Positions 61,330 to 64,000 of a stretch of 64,000 nucleotides of DNA are shown in pieces. The notes below the pieces were generated by a model, which was not told where the DNA came from, made no database searches, and saw only the letters and a list, made by a program, of their open reading frames with translations. Position 1 is the first letter of the stretch. Every line of letters begins with the position of its first letter. The position numbers and the translations under genes are program-made. The stretch comes from Octopus bimaculoides (Eukaryota). The stretch covers positions 45,911,674-45,975,673 of the forward strand of contig NC_068988.1 in assembly GCF_001194135.2 (NCBI RefSeq). The letters run 5' to 3'.

Positions 61330-63777
61330 TGGTACCTGCCTCATATCTTGTCCAACTCCGTGACTTCCTTATTCGAATTTCTTAGAGCTCTCTTGAACGT
61401 ATCAACAAAGTGTTCTGCTTGTCCATTAGATCTGGAATGGTACGGCAGGTAGTTAATATTCTATAGCGAAAATTTTACGAAATGTTTTTAACTAAAAAGA
61501 CGCAAATTGTGTTCCATTATCAGATACTATAGTATCCTGGATGCCAAATCTCACAAACAGCACATGTAAAAAATTTGCATAATTGCGGAGATTAACTTTT
61601 TACACTTTCAAATTTCTGACCATTTAGAGAAAATATCTACTACCACTAAGTAGTATAAACCGTTTAAAGGACCACCAAAATCGCTGTGTAGTCTTGAACA
61701 CGGAACATCTTTTCACCAAGGTTAACTTTTAATCGTCCGTAATTTTGCTACTAGGGCACATCCTCTACAACCTTTCACCAAATTTTCAATTTCTCTAGCC
61801 ATTTTTGACCAGTACATATAGTTACGCATTAAAGCTTTCATCCACGAAATACCAGGATATCCAGCATAGAATTACCTCAACATTTTCTTTTGAAATGCTT
61901 CAGTATTACTACACTCTGTGCATACATCAGCACACTATAAAAAAAAATTGAGTATAGCTTCACGTCTTCATTTCGTTTTTCACCAATCTTGTTCCTACTT
62001 ACTTTTCCTACCAACAGTTTCTTTTCATTTCTTTTAAGAATTTGTCCTTTTCCGCATTTAGTTCTATGTTTTCTAGGGCCACCGGTAATTTGCGTACATG
62101 TTCCACGTTACATTTTTTATTTATTCTTCTGATTTTAATGCTGCGACTACCGTATCTTTGAATGGCTCACAATGTTTTCGTATCAGTCTGGACAAACCAT
62201 CCGCATGCCCTAGTTTTTTTACCTAAATATTCCATTTTGAAATCATAATTCAATAACGTAGTGCCCATCGCTGTAATCTCTTAGTTGTGTGTGTTGGTAT
62301 TCCTTTTTTAAGAACAATGTATCGACAGTAGTGGATGATGATCCATTTGTTGACAGAAACGTCTTCCATGGATAAATCTAAGGATTTTTTTAATACCGAA
62401 TATAATTGCTAACGCTTCCTTTTCTATCTGGCTGTAGGCCTTTTCTGCTGGTAATAACAATTATGACACCTTTTTACTCCTATCATCAGATTTGGGCAGA
62501 AGCACTGCTCCTACACCGTAATGACTTGCGTCTGTAGCCAATAAAATATCCAGCTTTGGATCGAAATGCGTTAACGATAAGTTAGACGTCAAAATGTTTT
62601 TTATTTCGTCAAATGCCTTCTGGCACTTATCAGTCCAGCTCCATTTTGCATTTTTCTTTAACAAATCATTTAGTGTGGCCCTAACATTGTGCATATTGGG
62701 AATATAAATTTGGTAGCAATTTACTAACCCCCAAAATGCTTCTAGCACAGTCACATTATTGGGCGTGGACATTTTTTTATCGCAGTTGCTCTGGGTGGAT
62801 CTGGTTTCCCTCCGTTTTTATCTATTATCTGTTCCAAGTATTTATTTATATTTTTCAGAAAGAACACGCATTCATCTTCACTTAGCTTTAAGCAATATTC
62901 TCTTATCTTTTCAGATACCCTTTTTATGTGCGCTACATGTTCGTGTGATTCACTATTTATTAGGCTACCGTCTAAATAGGCGATAGGAAAATCACAGTGT
63001 GCCAGCATTGTATTCATTACTTGTTGAAATATGAAAGGAGCCACTTTTACACCGAAAAATACGCCCATAAGTGTTTTGTGTGGGAATATAGTCGGTTCAG
63101 TTGAAGGTTTGGATGTGACCGAGGGATTGAAACAAAAACTAAAACGTAATTGCTGTAACGCTCATGTTCTCATGTTACCAGTTTTCTTAGGATTATACAT
63201 GTTTTCATCATCTCAATTTTTGCACTCTTTAATGAAGATCTGCTCGTACCTTCTATAGTATGCCTCGAAGGTAACTCCTTCATCTGGTTCATACTTAAAT
63301 TCCATTGTTGAGTTTGCGACATAATCTGATGAGAAGATCTTTTCAGCATTTTTTTACTAGTTTTCATTAATTGCAACGTTTATTGCTGTAATAGTAATTG
63401 TTGCTGTTGTTGTTCTTACAGTTGTTGTTGTTGTTACTGCTTTTGCAACTCGAGAAAACAGGCAAAAATTCTTCCATAATTTTACGATTTTGTGTACCGT
63501 GAAATTCACACAAAAAACGTTTGTAACTCCTTGTGAGTTTGTTTAATCTGCACGAGTTAGTTGATTCCTCGTGAGTTTGTCAATTTCTCATCGCTCCTGT
63601 TGTAATCCAACGCCGGACTGTTGTAACATCCACTCTGGCATAGCAGTATAGTCAGTTAGACAAGTAAAGACACGACTATCTGTGAATGACTTTGCCGACT
63701 TCTCAACCACTCGACTTCCTACATCGCAGTATTTGTAACGACTATCACATACCACTCGTCATGTGGGAGGGGTATTC

Positions 63778-63780
<3 letters not shown>
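61330..63780 (-). mobile_element. Ty3/Gypsy (Mag-like) element, internally deleted: gag, RT C-half, RNase H, integrase
   Basis: gag EFKYEPDEGVTFEAYYRRYE; RT FGVKVAPFIFQQVM..AYLD; LTHFDP..LATDASHYGVGAVL; integrase LHSDFGGP..VVVDIFSKW, GIQDTIVSDNGTQF, SNGQAEHFVDTFKRAL. Confidence 0.93.
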
Positions 63781-63831
<51 letters not shown>

Positions 63832-63848
63832 CATTATTATTATTATTA
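63780..63848. repeat. (ATT)n microsatellite
   Basis: Direct reading. Confidence 0.95.
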
Positions 63849-64000
63849 TCCCCATGACACAGTCATGCCTGAGTTCAAATCCCTCCAATGGCAAATTTAT
63901 TTTGCATTATTCTGGAGCAGTTGATGAATAATTAGCAGTCTTAAGATACTACACACTTACAGCCAAATATGTAACCTCGTGATGGCCACTACCATCGATT

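Overview
AT-rich eukaryotic DNA, dominated by repeats, with six N gaps that all abut microsatellites. The set of tRNA-derived SINE families, TA/CA/ATT microsatellites and TE types looks like an octopus (coleoid cephalopod) draft assembly; this is inferred from repeat content, not proven. I found no intact, identifiable host protein-coding gene, rRNA, tRNA or CRISPR array, and most listed ORFs are microsatellite or antisense artefacts. The window is mostly decayed transposons: two clear Ty3/Gypsy pol remnants (1-2.0 kb and 61.3-63.8 kb) plus a weak third, three Penelope-like fragments, several RTE and CR1/L1-like LINE fragments, a Tc1-like element with a nested Helentron-type HINE, a mariner, an intron-containing hATm-like transposase, MITEs and about 25 SINE copies. 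The most unusual items are (i) an LTR-like insertion at 29.1-29.8 kb carrying 3-4 tandem 'LTR end (ACA)-2 nt-TGG primer-binding-site' junctions; (ii) a TG..CA-bounded 1.07 kb element at 32.7-33.8 kb with a textbook Pol II promoter, a small ORF broken by one stop, and terminal hairpins; (iii) decayed hammerhead-like motifs, one in a SINE tail; and (iv) an orphan Cys-containing pseudo-ORF fused upstream of a truncated Gypsy RT. All coordinates and translations were read by eye; boundaries of decayed elements are approximate.
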